DNA of 64,000 bases from Eledone cirrhosa (lineage: Eukaryota), in contig OZ024759.1 in assembly GCA_964016885.1 (NCBI GenBank), forward strand, positions 25,420,001-25,484,000, read 5' to 3'. The position numbers and the translations under genes are program-made. Positions 12,852 through 27,735 of this stretch are shown piece by piece; positions within the stretch are counted from its first letter, which is position 1; every line of letters begins with the position of its first letter. Below the pieces are notes generated by a model that was not told where the DNA came from, ran no database searches, and saw only the letters and a program-made list of their open reading frames with translations.

Positions 12852-12995
12852 AAATCCCGCCGAGGTTAACTTTGCCTTTCATCCTTACGGGGTCGATAAA
12901 ATAAAGTACCAGTAATGCACTGGGATTATTGCTGGCCTTGTGCCAAAAGTAGAAACAATTATTATTATTGGATTGGCAGTATCGGTAGAGAGACG
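12852..12995 (+). mobile_element. SINE 3' half plus the start of another head
   Basis: Near-duplicate of 12452-12564. Confidence 0.88.
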
Positions 12996-13730
12996 GATAA
13001 GTAAATCTATTTCACATGCCATAAACGAAACTTAAGGATCGGTCGGCCTCGTGGTTTCAATTCGATAGGATGGAGAAGACATTGTTCCTGAGGATGGTGA
13101 GTGAGACGCGCTAGAACAGCCACTCCACCTCACGGGGCTCGCACATGTGGGTACCAACTCCAATCTGATAGCAGTGTGTAAGAATGTGGTTCGGAAGTTT
13201 CCACCGCCACCGGCTCAACGTAGAAGTTCGACAAAAAAAAAAAGAAAAAATTAGATCGATAAATCAAAGACTTGAAAAAATAAACCCTGGGGTCGATATG
13301 ATCGACTGAATCAAGGAGTTGCCCCAGCATGGCTGCAGTCTGGTGCTCGTAAAAGAAAAAAAAAGCAAAGATTTTTTTTTTCTAAATCCCCGTTCAAAAG
13401 AGACAGTATGTTAAGTAAAACCAAATGTCGACTGTTTGGGTGATCCAACTTGGGTTGACTATTGAGGTCCCAGTTTTCTGTGAGGGGGTAGGGTCAGGTG
13501 AAGAGGACGGAGGAGTGTAGGGTGGTGGTGTATGTGTGAATCAGAAGACATCAAAAGATATTATTAACTTTATATAAAGAAGAGGCAACCGTCTCGTCTT
13601 GTATAACAATTTATGAGAAAAAGAATAAGAAACCGAAAGATAGAGAGAGGAAATATTTTATATATATACGTATATATATATACTGTATATATATGTTTAT
13701 ATATATATATATAATATGTATATAGATATA

Positions 13731-13800
<70 letters not shown>

Positions 13801-14496
13801 GAATATATATATATATATATGGTCACAAACAGCATATTGCATAAAAATAATAATTAATAAAAAAAGAATAGAAAATCAAACCAAATTAAAGTTACAAAAC
13901 GAAATTGTGTTGTTTCGGGAACTATTTTTGAATTATGTTTGATCTGTTCGTTTATTAAATATATCAGCTTCATGCCCCTCCCCAACACTCCCCATATCCA
14001 CCACCATTCTCTCCCTTCATACTTTATCTCTTTATAATCAAGAATTCTTTATCTTTCTCACGACAGTTTTTGTCTTTACTTTAAAGATCTTATTAAAATA
14101 TCTAAACAGAATCTAAAAGCCGTGAAAACTATAAAACAAACAAAACGAATCGAAATGAAACGAAACTATATTGTATATTTTTTAAAAACTCCTCTCCCCG
14201 CAAACCACAGCACCACATACCTAGTTTTGTTTTCTACAAAGGCGTGAGTGTTTTCTGGGTTATTTAAAATGAATATAATACAAAATAAGAAGAAAACGAT
14301 GAGACAAACAAGAAAAAAACTCCTTTAAACCGTCTGATCATACCCAGATGAAGTGATTAAACTGAAACTTCGAAGTCACTGCTATTTTTCTGTAAATATA
14401 TGAACGCTCGTGTGTGTATGCATATATATATAACAAAGAAAGTGTGGTAAGAAACCAGGTGGACCATTATGCACCAGAGTATACACACACACGCAC

Positions 14497-14563
<67 letters not shown>

Positions 14564-14565
14564 CA

Positions 14566-14898
<333 letters not shown>

Positions 14899-15427
14899 TA
14901 AAATAACAGATTAAAATAACAGATTAAAGTTTATGCAAAGAATCGTTGCTTTCACCCTTAACGGGATCTTCTGAAACTAAAAACATCAATCTGTGAACGC
15001 AGAAGTAAATATTTCGAAAAACGTTGCAACCGAAGGAAAACAGGACGACGATACTTTGGTTCGTGAAGACGTTTCCTGGCAATGAACGGAAAATAGCGAA
15101 CATAATACGTCATCAATGTTTGTCATAATGTCGAAATGCAGACAGCCAGGCATACATACATATATTATAAAGGCGCGAAGGAGATCGATAACCGGCGCCT
15201 AACACGCCTTTAACAACAGAAAATTGAAAAATAAACGCTGCAGTTAATATCTTTAGACCGCAAGGAATATATAAATGCAAGTTTGAAGTAAATCGGCGTA
15301 GAAATGTAGATTTGTATAGACTTTGCAAAAATGAGGACACACACACAGACAACTACAGTTTTATATATATGTATATATATATATATTAGCAAAGAACAAA
15401 ACAAAAACAAGGAGTGCACTACGAACA

Positions 15428-15483
<56 letters not shown>

Positions 15484-15830
15484 GTGTCTGTGTGCCTGGA
15501 GGTCTGGTTCTTTTTCGCAACTAATTTGTCTGCGAGCGATTACCAGACACTATGAGCGATATTACTGTGAATTGATCGAAATTATCCCTTATACAAGTAC
15601 ACAAATTAAATATATAAGTACACAAGCACACAAGTACACAAGTACACAAACTAAATATATACTAAATATATACTAGGGGAAACAAAAAAATTATCATTGA
15701 AAACACACATATATATATATTTATCTGTCTTTCTACACATACAGACGCACGCATACACACTTAACCCCGCCCCATATGTATATATATATGAAAGCAGCGA
15801 TTCTTTGCTTAAACTTTAATCTGTTATTTT

Positions 15831-15939
<109 letters not shown>

Positions 15940-15942
15940 AAT

Positions 15943-16099
15943 GAATCGCTGGACAGTTTTTAGGGGCAAAACCAATCGACAGGACACCCAGGCGTAGACC
16001 CACTCCACCGAGCAAAATAATTGATAACGTCCATGAGCTCAGCTGGTCTCGCTTGGGGATCCACCCGGATCAATTGGAGACAGTAGCTTTTGACAGTTG

Positions 16100-16100
<1 letters not shown>
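15943..16100 (+). mobile_element. RTE (BovB-like) LINE 3' remnant
   Basis: AKPIDRTPRRRP...DNVHELSWSRLGI; nucleotide similarity to 45590-45660. Confidence 0.65.
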
Positions 16101-16628
<528 letters not shown>

Positions 16629-16799
16629 AGTGTGTGAAAGAGAAAGAGAGTGAGTGTGAGGTGGAGGGCGTGAGAGTGTGAGGAAGAGATAGATAGATTC
16701 CTTTATTTGATAGATAGATAGATAGTGAGGGAAAGAGAGAAAGAGTGTGAGAGAGTGAAGAAGAAGAAGAAGAAGAAGAAGAAGAAGAAGAAGAAGAAG

Positions 16800-16830
<31 letters not shown>

Positions 16831-16835
16831 GAGAG

Positions 16836-16905
<70 letters not shown>

Positions 16906-17269
16906 GCAATGAAGCAGGGAGGTGTTAAGTAGAAATCTAAAGTTGAGTGGTTGTTGAAACGAGGCATAACAAATCTAATGGATTGTTGATGTGACGTCTT
17001 AATTCCTCTTGAAACGTGAATTGTTGTATCTAGAAACCACCTCTGTCATTACAGCTATTAAGATGAACAGTGACTGCAACCATGACCGGGAGGCGGGTTA
17101 ACAAGTTCGCTATTCTACCACTAGCAGTGTCGGATTTAGGACAAATGAGGCCCTGTGCTATTTAAGTTATGAGGTCCCAAATATTTGAAAGATTCAACGT
17201 AAAAAATTTTTTGGCAAGTAGATGGGCCTCCCTGGCTAACGGGTTCCTGTGTTTAAGCACACATAAGCA

Positions 17270-17420
17270 CAATGGTACGTCCAACACTGACCACAAAGGT
17301 TCGGATTGAGTACAATTGTGCGGTACCTTGGGCAAATATCTTCTCTTATAGTTACATGGTTCGACCAATCTGATCTCAGTGGAATTTGATAAACACAAAC
17401 TGCAAAAAGCCCGCCGTGTA
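17270..17420 (+). mobile_element. Diverged SINE of a second family
   Basis: GGTACCTTGGGCAAATATCTTCT..TATAG..CGACCAA..AGTGGAATTTG..AAACTG.AA.AAGCCCG.CGT body, as I recall for octopus SINEs. Confidence 0.6.
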
Positions 17421-17481
17421 ATGACCGAAAGCAGTGAAAGAATAAGAGAACATTATATATATATATATGTGTATATATATA

Positions 17482-17579
<98 letters not shown>

Positions 17580-17839
17580 AGGAGGTGAGTTTTATTGTAG
17601 CACAATAAAGCAATGTAAAGGCTATCTCTCTCTCTCTATCACTCATCTCTCCTCCTCTCTCATCCTTCCTTCTTATACTCCTCCCCCACCATCCTTTACT
17701 CTCATTTCTTCCTCTTCCTTACCTCCCCACCCCCCTCACTTTTTCCCAATCTCATACATCAATCTTAATTTATTTTTCATATGTTGATTTAAAACTTCAC
17801 TATTCACAAGTGTTTTTTAAGCTTCATATCATGTCTCCC

Positions 17840-17910
17840 TATTTTATCTGATGAGAACGCAGATATCATCCCATGATGATATCTGTTTTTGATATGCGCA
17901 TAATAAAATA
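17840..17910 (+). ncRNA. Hammerhead-like motif with damaged GAAA, in a TA-flanked element (17575-17945)
   Basis: TATTTTAT-CTGATGAG-[CAGATATCATC/GATGATATCTG stem]-GA-TATGCGCATA (palindrome)-ATAAAATA. Confidence 0.65.
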
Positions 17911-17940
17911 CTTGGAACTCTTTTAACCATCTTGTGATCT

Positions 17941-18024
<84 letters not shown>

Positions 18025-18049
18025 ATGTATATATATATTAAAAAAAAAA

Positions 18050-18271
18050 AAAGGATCGATCGACTTTCGTCAAATCGGACCGAGGAAACAATGTTTTCGT
18101 TGGTCTTTCCAGTTGCTAGTACTATCTATCGGTCGCAACTCCAGGTAGAAGGAGCAACGTGAAATATAGTGTCTTGCCCAAGGACATAACGCATCGCCCG
18201 GTCCAGGAATCGAACTCACAACCTTAACATTGTGAATCCAATTCTCTAACCACTCAGCTACACGCCTTCAC
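18050..18271 (-). mobile_element. tRNA-derived SINE of a third family
   Basis: Minus strand: A-box TAGCTGAGTGG, B-box GTTCGATTCC, then GTCCTTGGGCAAGACACT core; body also present at 49560-49640. Confidence 0.8.
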
Positions 18272-18351
18272 TATATATATGTAAGTAAACGGAAATAACA
18301 AAGTAAAATGAAGAAATATATTAGTTTAACTATTTAGATATAGTAGGAAAA

Positions 18352-18392
18352 GAGTCTTAACTTTTCGGACACTAGTCCTTCATCAGAAGATA
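18352..18392 (-). ncRNA. Minimal hammerhead motif (short stem II family)
   Basis: TCTT-CTGATGA-A-GGAC-TAGT-GTCC-GAAA-AGTT-AAGA. Confidence 0.7.
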
Positions 18393-18591
18393 GAATAAAA
18401 AATAGAATGATAGAGAGTGAGAAGAAGAAGGGACTGGGAAATATTTTTGAGAAAAGCATGTATGTATTCAGTACATAAATATAGATTTGAAAATTGAATA
18501 AGAGCTTTCACTGTATTTTCACTGCTGTATATAGTCTAATAACAGTACACATAGTCCACATAACGGAAAAAATTGACTATCAGTAGGTGCT

Positions 18592-18692
18592 CATTAACAA
18601 ATCTGATGAGAAGATCGAGCTGCAGTCGGGTCAATAGCATTAATGTAGATTCTGAGCTATACATCTGTGAAACGGTCGTAATTTTGTATAAT
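18592..18692 (+). ncRNA. Hammerhead-like motif with extended stem II
   Basis: ATTAACAAAT-CTGATGAG (18603)...GAAACGGTCGTA (18669)-ATTTTGTATAAT. Confidence 0.5.
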
Positions 18693-19263
18693 CAATAAGG
18701 ACCTTAATGTGAAACCTTGCTTTGTTTTCAATATATATACTCTGCCCTAGCATAGAGTGCTGATTTTGGTACCCGTCTCAGTGAATCACGAATCTACTGA
18801 ATCACCTAATATTATATATATATATAATGTTAATGTATATATATATATATATAATTAATGTTATTGTATATATATATATATATATATATACAATATGTTG
18901 AAAAGGCAACACACCAGATATATATATATATATATATATTACATTAATTATTAATAATTCATCATTATATTAATTACCCTATTACATCATTAGAAATCAG
19001 AAATTGCTATTCCATTTATATGCCACATTCGAAGATATTCGGTTTAACGAATCAGTCTTTCTATATTCAGTCACTGTTGAATTTTTATCAACAATGGAAA
19101 TTAATTTTTTTATTCATATAGTCGAATATCGTTAATTAAACATTCTGCTAAATAAATTAAAAATGGCGTATTTTTATCCCGATATATTAATAATATAGCG
19201 TAACAAATAACGCTACGGTTGACGAATTCATTAACGTCTTTGTTGTGTAATTAAGAAAAGCTC

Positions 19264-19303
<40 letters not shown>

Positions 19304-19387
19304 TATTGAAGTTTCCGTTGAAAACAGAAAAAGTCATAGGAGTGATACATTATATATATATATATATATAAATATATATATATATAC

Positions 19388-19459
<72 letters not shown>

Positions 19460-19529
19460 GAATAAATAATAATTGTTTCTACTTTTTGACACAAGGCCAG
19501 CAATTACCCAGTGCATTACTGGTACTTTA

Positions 19530-19770
19530 TTTCTTTATTAGCCACTCAGGGCTTACATTAAGAGGACAATAAAGACGGTACAAGGCAGTACAGTGTGGGT
19601 TTTTTGCGTGAGAGAAAGGTTTGTAAAGAAGATTAAAAAATGAACATTTAAAAATAAACAACAAATTCCCTCAAAATAAGGATACCTCCGAGAGTCACTC
19701 GTGGATACAACCCAGAAGAACCAACGGTAACCTCGACCGCTAGAGCAAATGCCTTCTCTCAGACGTTCTC
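19530..19770 (-). mobile_element. Probable LINE 3' UTR interrupting a SINE (SINE tail at 19470-19530)
   Basis: SINE sequence stops at ACTGGTACTTTATT and switches to a segment whose minus strand ends GTAAGCCCTGAGTGGCTAATAAAGAA, containing a poly(A)-signal-like AATAAA. Confidence 0.45.
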
Positions 19771-19785
19771 CTCTAATAATAAAAA

Positions 19786-19965
19786 AATGTTTCTACTTTT
19801 GCCACAAGGCCAGCAATTGAAAGAAAAGGGGAAAGTCGATTAAATGCCTTTCATCTTTACAGGGTCGATAAAACAAAGCACCAGTAATGTACTGGGTCGA
19901 TTTAATCGACTTTCCACTCTCTCTTCAAATTGCTGACCTTGTGCCTATAGTAGAAATCATCATTA
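19786..19965. mobile_element. Fold-back SINE: inverted tail joined to a 5'-truncated copy
   Basis: Minus-orientation tail at 19786-19844 directly followed by plus-orientation core and tail at 19845-19960. Confidence 0.85.
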
Positions 19966-20253
19966 TCATTATTAATTTGGAAGACTTATTCTTTGAATGA
20001 TATACTACCTACTTAAGGACAGAAGCTGCTGTACTCAATTCTGATTGGCTGCTCGGTCGTTAGATTCTGACAGGAATTATAAATGACAGTAAAACGAAAC
20101 CTCTTTAAGCATCAATGCTATTTGCTTTCAACTTATAGAATATATTTTAGAATGAAACGACCGACTTGATACAGAATAGGCAACAAACATCTTGGCCAAA
20201 CTGGCTCAAAGCTTACAGCATCATCATGAAGTGATAATATTATTATTATTACT

Positions 20254-20452
20254 GAAGGCGGTGGATTGGCAGTATCGGTAGAGGGTCGGACGCCATGCTT
20301 TCCAGCATAGTTACGTCCCTTTACGATCTGAGTTCAAATCCCGCCGAGGTTGACTTTGCCTTTCATCCTTACGGGGTCGATAAAATAAAGTACCAGTAAT
20401 GCACTGGGTAATTACTGGCCTTGTGCCTAAAGTAGAAACAATTATTATTATT
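20254..20452 (+). mobile_element. Full-length short-variant tRNA-derived SINE
   Basis: GAAGGCGGTGGATTGGCAGTATCGG (A box) ... GAGTTCAAATCCC (B box) ... core ... GTAGAAACAATTATTATT; (ATT)n on both sides. Confidence 0.92.
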
Positions 20453-20551
20453 ACTGTTATTGGCGTTGTTGTTGTTGTTGTTGTTTAGTTCAAAATGAGC
20501 ATAGTTCATTTTGAACTAAATATATTACCAGCGAAAAAGCAGCTACAAGAT

Positions 20552-20584
<33 letters not shown>

Positions 20585-20739
20585 ATGTGTGTGTGTGTGT
20601 GTGCGCGCGTGTGTGCGAATATATATATATATATACAAAATGGCTGACTGAATACGCACGTGTGTTTTTCTCCCTTTTTTTTCTCATTTGCCCCCCGATC
20701 TCCCTCTATCTTTCTATTTATCTTCTATATTTATCTCTA

Positions 20740-20775
20740 TTTTCTGATGAAGAACTAGTGTTCGAAACGTTAAGA
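20740..20775 (+). ncRNA. Minimal hammerhead ribozyme motif
   Basis: TTTT-CTGATGA-A-GAAC-TAGT-GTTC-GAAA-CGTT-AAGA; palindromic ACGT stem III, typical of Penelope-associated HHRs thought to act as dimers. Confidence 0.8.
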
Positions 20776-20939
20776 CCCTTTTACCTACTATTTCAAGCGT
20801 TAAACTAATACATTACTTCAATGTACAATGTCGTTGATATTTCTATTTACCTTTTATACACACACACACAGACACACACACACACATAAATATACACACA
20901 TATATATATACCTGCTACATATATATATAGACACAAATG

Positions 20940-21022
<83 letters not shown>

Positions 21023-21024
21023 AA

Positions 21025-21090
<66 letters not shown>

Positions 21091-21766
21091 TTATCTATAG
21101 TTTAAAAAATGTGACATAGTCCACATCTTTAATTTTTCTATGTAGAATTTTTAGTACGATTGTTTTACATATGAAGACACGTGACGTAACTTGAATGACA
21201 TAAAACAAAATTATAATAAAGAAAACTCCTTGTCCTATAACAGTACGCATGCCCTTACAATTAACAGGCTTAATTTCGTCATAAGAAGGAAACGGAAGGA
21301 GAGTTACTTTTCTAAATTAATTTCATTGAAGAGTAAAATAATATTTTCTTTACAGGGTCTCATTTCTTCTTCTTCTTCTTCTTCTTCTTCTTCTTCTTCT
21401 TCTTCTTCTTCTTCTTCTTCTTCTTCTTCTTCTTCTTCTTCTTCTTCTTCTTCGTAATGGCCCACACACGCAACATGCGTAAGCGGAAACTCCCTAACAG
21501 CTAATTACACACACACACACACATATATATCTATATATACATATACATATACATATTACATCAAGAACTACTTAATGAGTGCGAATGCTACAGTTTCTGC
21601 TACATTCCCCCTAATATTTCATCAAAGCAGTCGTTTCAAATTGCGACCACAATCTTGTTAATCCTATTCAGAGGGAATGGCAAAGTTCGCTCGTTACGAA
21701 ATATGAATACGCGTTGCTTCACGCTATATTTATATATGCATGTGTTTTGTATATATATATATATAT

Positions 21767-21817
<51 letters not shown>

Positions 21818-21904
21818 GTAAAAAAATTGAACGGGAACAAAACAGAGAGGCAGTACGAACAAAGGTTTATGAGTTTCACGCTCTTGAGAGTGGGGTGGTG
21901 GTGG

Positions 21905-21942
21905 GGAACGAAGTTTCGGGCATAAGCCCTTCTTCAGGTGAA
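21905..21942 (-). ncRNA. Minimal hammerhead motif
   Basis: Minus strand: CTGAAGA-A-GGGC-TTAT-GCCC-GAAA-CTTC. Confidence 0.65.
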
Positions 21943-22313
21943 AAGTGTGTGGGAAGAGAGTTCCAAGGGTGTGTAGGGGAGTGGTGGAGAGACATATAGA
22001 AAAAAAGGGGTGAGAGGAAACGGTACAAATGAAATTAAATATAAAATATTATATATATATATATATATATAGGAAAATGAAATGCTATTGGAGTTTTAAG
22101 GTTTATATTCAATAACTTATTACTTTACAGGTTTCACGAGATTCATTATCTTCAAGTTGAGATGGAGAGATGTGTGACAATAAGTCAGCAGAGCCACACT
22201 TCTCAAATTATGAAACTTAGTAAATAAACCTTCTTCAAGAGTCCAATTGCATTTTCAACTTCTGTTTCCTATATTTTTACCCGTGGGGGATATATTAAAA
22301 AACTCTTACTTTC

Positions 22314-22353
<40 letters not shown>

Positions 22354-22902
22354 TTGTGTGTATGTGTGCGTGTGCGTGCGTGTGTGTATATATATATACG
22401 CATATAGTGTGTGTGTGTGTGTGTAACGTACAAATATAGACTGAGTCTAAATAACCTTCTTAGTTTCCGTGATAAGCTTTCCTGCCATTCGCTATTTTTG
22501 GTCTGGCGAATCGGGAGAGCAGGAAGAAAATATTTCATTTCAACAGAGAAACCGGAAGTAGAATTATTAGGCTTCAGTTCCGGTGTCAATAAAAATAATA
22601 TCATACTAGCATAAAAATACATATATAATTCCTGCTGTCAATACGTTTTTACTCGAGTTTTACACTGGAAATAGTTAATGAAATGGTGGAGTGGAGCGGT
22701 TAGATCGTTGGAAAATACCATGCGGTATTTGTTTCAGCCCTCCTCTCCACTCTGAGTTCTTGTCTCGGCAAAGTCAACTCTGCCTTTTCGAGGTTGTGTG
22801 TGTGTATATATATATATATATACACACACATACACTCACACACACAAAAACATATACATACATATTGTTGATGATTTCAAACGAATTATCAAATTCTCTC
22901 CC

Positions 22903-22997
<95 letters not shown>

Positions 22998-23045
22998 ATA
23001 TATATGTATGTATATATATATATATATATGTATATATATGTATAA

Positions 23046-23147
<102 letters not shown>

Positions 23148-23519
23148 GTGTGTGTGTATGTTAAGTCTTCATATATATGTATGTATCTGTCTGCGTGTGT
23201 GTGTGTGTGTGTGTTTTCAGTCCACAAAGTGTGGGAAATGTTGACTGGACAATTTCTAGAGTTTCACGAATTGCGGTCAAGAAATGAATAATTTTTGGAA
23301 GAGTGTGAGAGTGTGTGTGTGTGTAGGGAGGGGGGGGGGGTGTTCTGTTAGTAATTGGAGTGAAGTTGGTCTAAATGTGGGGGTGGTAGTGGTGGGGGTG
23401 TACGGAAGAAGTTACTTACGTGATGTGTATAGTCACCATCTACCACAGTACACCACACCCCTCCTGTCCCGACCCAACAACAACAACAACAACAACAACA
23501 ACAACTACTGCTGCTGCTG

Positions 23520-23552
<33 letters not shown>

Positions 23553-23553
23553 T

Positions 23554-23599
<46 letters not shown>

Positions 23600-23691
23600 T
23601 GCTACCTATCAATAATTAGGCTATACTCATGAACACCTACACAGCTCAATTCTCAACTAAGTTTAGATTTGATGCCGCCATTAATATAGAA

Positions 23692-23728
<37 letters not shown>

Positions 23729-23931
23729 TATATATATATATAAGTATATATATGTATATATATGTGTATATATATGTGTATATGTATATGTATATAAGTA
23801 TATATATATGTATATATATATAAATATATGTATACATATATATATATATATATTTATATATATATGTGTGTGTATATTTGTATATGTATATATATATATA
23901 TACATACACACACACACACTCACACACATAA

Positions 23932-24042
<111 letters not shown>

Positions 24043-24335
24043 CAGACACCGACATAACACGTGTGTTTGTGTGTGTGTGAGTTACCTCCCCCTTTCATCC
24101 ATGTATATATTAAGACATGTGCTCACCAAAGACTCTATTTTTACGGCCGTAACACACACATAAAAAGCTGTTTGTAAGCCTAGCAAGATGTGACAATTGA
24201 CATATCGCATGTATGGACATTACCACACACGTGGAAGGGAGCGGGGTTTGTGGGTGGGAGGTGTTAAGTTCCTATCTGATCAATATGTACGTGGCTGTCT
24301 GTTTGTGTACGTGGACGTTTGTGTGTATATGTGTA

Positions 24336-24374
<39 letters not shown>

Positions 24375-24444
24375 CATGTATGTGTGTGTGTGTATATACA
24401 TATATATATATGCGTGTAAGTATATATATATATTATATACAAGA

Positions 24445-24498
<54 letters not shown>

Positions 24499-24576
24499 TT
24501 ATGCACCCACGTGAGTGTGTTTGTTTTTGTGTGTGTTAAAAAGTTTACTTTCGTTAATGAAATCAGTTACATGCTC

Positions 24577-24630
<54 letters not shown>

Positions 24631-24930
24631 TTACTACACCTACTATTCGGCCAGGAATTTTTGGATGTTATACATCGGCCCTGCGACAAACGTTCAGCTA
24701 ATTCATCGCCTTTGACACCCCCGGGGCCTCTCTAACAATGTTGGCCCTATCCCGCCACCAACCCACTCTATAGAACGCTAAAAAGACTTACAGTTTCCAA
24801 GAACCCCCTCCTCCTATTGCGGTCTTTGCTTGTCCTAGGCGTGTAGCTCCGTCAAGGAAACGTGATGGGGAAACACGTGTCTGTTGGACGATCACCACAC
24901 AGGATCACCGTCAAGGAAACGGTGGGGGGT

Positions 24931-25062
24931 GAAGAAGAAGAAGAAGAAGAAGAAGAAGAAGAAGAAGAAGAAGAAGAAGAAGAAGAAGAAGAAGAAGAAG
25001 AAGAAGAAGAAGAAGAAGAAGAAGAAGAAGAAGAAGAAGAAGAAGAAGAAGAAGAAGAAGAA
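24931..25062. repeat. Pure (GAA)44 tract
   Basis: Direct reading; other GAA/TTC tracts at ~16758-16828 and ~21364-21453. Confidence 0.97.
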
Positions 25063-25330
25063 GAGATAATGAAGAATGAATCAAAGAAATAGGATAAAAG
25101 GAAGTGAGAGATAGATAGATAGATGGAGAGAGAAAAACAGAAAGATAGAGAGAAATAGAAAAAAGAGAGTGAGAGTAGGGAAGGAGAAACAGAGTGGGGG
25201 AAAAGAAATGGAGAAAGTGTGTGAGAGAGAGAGAGAGAGAGGGGGAGTGAGCAAGAGAGAGAAAGAGATAGAGAGAAATAGATAGGGAGTAGAAAAAGAG
25301 AAACAGAGAGTGGGAGAGAGAGAGAGAGGC

Positions 25331-25369
<39 letters not shown>

Positions 25370-25693
25370 GGAGGGAGAGAGAGGGATAGAGATAGATAGA
25401 GAGGGACGTAAATAGATAAAGAAAGATAGTGTTTGAGATGGAGAAGGATGTAAAATCCTTTCATGTTGTTATAACTATGTTGTTTCCAATTTGTTGTAGT
25501 GAAAACGTAGTGTAAATATGGCGGCCTTTGTTGTGTGAGTTAAGTAGACCACGTGGTGTTAACACCTGTAGTCTCGTTAAATGAATCCATCAATTCTTCC
25601 TCTCAGTTGGTAAGGCAGTGGTGTGAGGTCAGAGTTTATAGTATTGCTATCTTCTGATATTACACCTAGCGTACACACATATATGTATGTATG

Positions 25694-25726
<33 letters not shown>

Positions 25727-26674
25727 ATACATATATATGTTTACCCATCGGCACACATCAATTTGATATATATATATATTTATATACACACATATATACA
25801 TATATATATATGTGTTTACACATACATCAATTTGATATTCCGACCGCTTCGGAAATTGTTTGCCAAAATAATTACTATTTTTCTTCCGTGGCTCATTATC
25901 TCTTTATTCTTCTTAAATCTGATACAGAGAGAGAGAGAGAGAGAGAGAGTCATACACACACGCACAACCATATACACACACAGCCACATGAACACAGCTA
26001 CACACACACACACACAAATACACAAACACAAATTATCTCTTCTCTCCTCTTGCTCTTTCATCTTCTCTCTTTTACACACACATCTACACACACATGCACA
26101 AACACACACACACACACACACCCATACATACATACACACACACACACACAACACACACAAACACACACACTTAACGAAATATACACATAAGTGCCTCGAA
26201 CGAGGAAATACTGTACATTTTCATCGATCTGCACTCATCTTGGACAGGTCTTATTGCTGGCATTTTTTTGCGCCTGTCAAAATTTTTAGGGACGAGCTGG
26301 GAATAACCGTTAGTATGTGGTCGGATTAGGGAACCAGCTATGAATACCCACTAGTATATGGCCGGATCAGGGATGTTAAGAGTTTTCCCATAGTCCCTGA
26401 GTTTAATGTCTTCTGAAATAGACCTCATTACATAACTGGTAAAATGCTGTGTGTGCTTGTCCACATTCCAGTTACAAGTTACAAAACTTTATCCAGGGCT
26501 TGATCAAGGACTTCACGCTTGATCTACGACTGCAGCTTGATCCAAGATTCCACGCTTGATCGAGGGTTCCACGCCTGATCCAGTACTGCAGCTCCGAACT
26601 GCGTGAAAACGTGCTTCAACATTTATGAATCTCTGTAGATGATTCCACAGCCCCATAGCCTACCTATATATATA

Positions 26675-27048
26675 TACGAGGGTAATCCCAAAAGTAAGGT
26701 CTCCAAAGCGAGGGGAACGCAGAGAAACTGTTCGTACGGCTGTTGGCAATACCGTTGTGATTGGTGCTTCTTTCACTCCCAAACAAGCATGCGCGCGCTT
26801 CGCGGCAGCCGTTGAGAATGGAGCTCCCGTTGAACGCTACCGCCAAGTGCGAATTTCGCGCAGTTATTATATACGAGGGCAATCCCAAAAGTAAGGTCTC
26901 CTTCCGAGGAAAACATGCGTAAAGATCGGCGGATCACTCTGGATGCTCTCTGCATTTTGGTTCCTGAGGTTTCCCGAAGCACCACCCACAGGATTTTAAC
27001 GGAAAAGTTGCAATATCGGAAGGAGACCTTACTTTTGGGATTGCCCTC

Positions 27049-27051
<3 letters not shown>
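26675..27051 (+). mobile_element. Internally deleted mariner composite with three TIRs
   Basis: 30-nt TACGAGGG(C/T)AATCCCAAAAGTAAGGTCTCC at 26675 and 26872, reverse complement at 27022-27051; transposase pieces [17 protein letters not shown] (ATG 26818) and [35 protein letters not shown] (mariner HTH region). Confidence 0.9.
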
Positions 27052-27137
<86 letters not shown>

Positions 27138-27177
27138 TATGTATATATATATGTATGTATGCATAAGTATATATATA

Positions 27178-27233
<56 letters not shown>

Positions 27234-27271
27234 ATTAAATAAATGGAAAACTATATTTATAAAACCATATT

Positions 27272-27337
27272 TATTTCATTATATATATTTCGGGGATATC
27301 ATATTAACAATATGCTATGCCTTCATCAGACAAAATA
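27272..27337 (-). ncRNA. Hammerhead ribozyme motif in the left arm
   Basis: Reverse complement of 30472-30538 with one 1-nt indel in the stem II loop. Confidence 0.75.
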
Positions 27338-27700
27338 CAATATAAACAGTTTTATAGATAAATATATTCGACATACCGTAATAAACATCAACTTCATTTG
27401 AAGAGGTTCACTCTAGCAGTGAAAATACAGAGAGAAAGAAAGAGAGAGAGAAAAGAGGGAAATAAGAAAGAAAGAAAGACGAAACGAAGAAAAGGAAGAA
27501 AAAGAAGAAAAAGAAGAAATGCATGGGACAAAATAGAGAGATGGAAAAATAGATAAAGCGAAGAGCTTCATGTAAAGAGACCGAAAGAGATATATATATA
27601 TATATAGAGAGAGGAAATAGAGATAGATACATATATAAATATAGATATAGAAAAATTAGGTAGTGGGAGGTCATTTTGAGTAAGTGTATCAATGATGCAT

Positions 27701-27735
<35 letters not shown>

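Noticed and set aside
18195-18271. tRNA-like sequence (also other SINE heads)
   Set aside because: A and B boxes run directly into SINE bodies; no complete cloverleaf.
24862-25092. Poly-Glu and poly-Lys ORFs
   Set aside because: Translation of the (GAA)44 tract.
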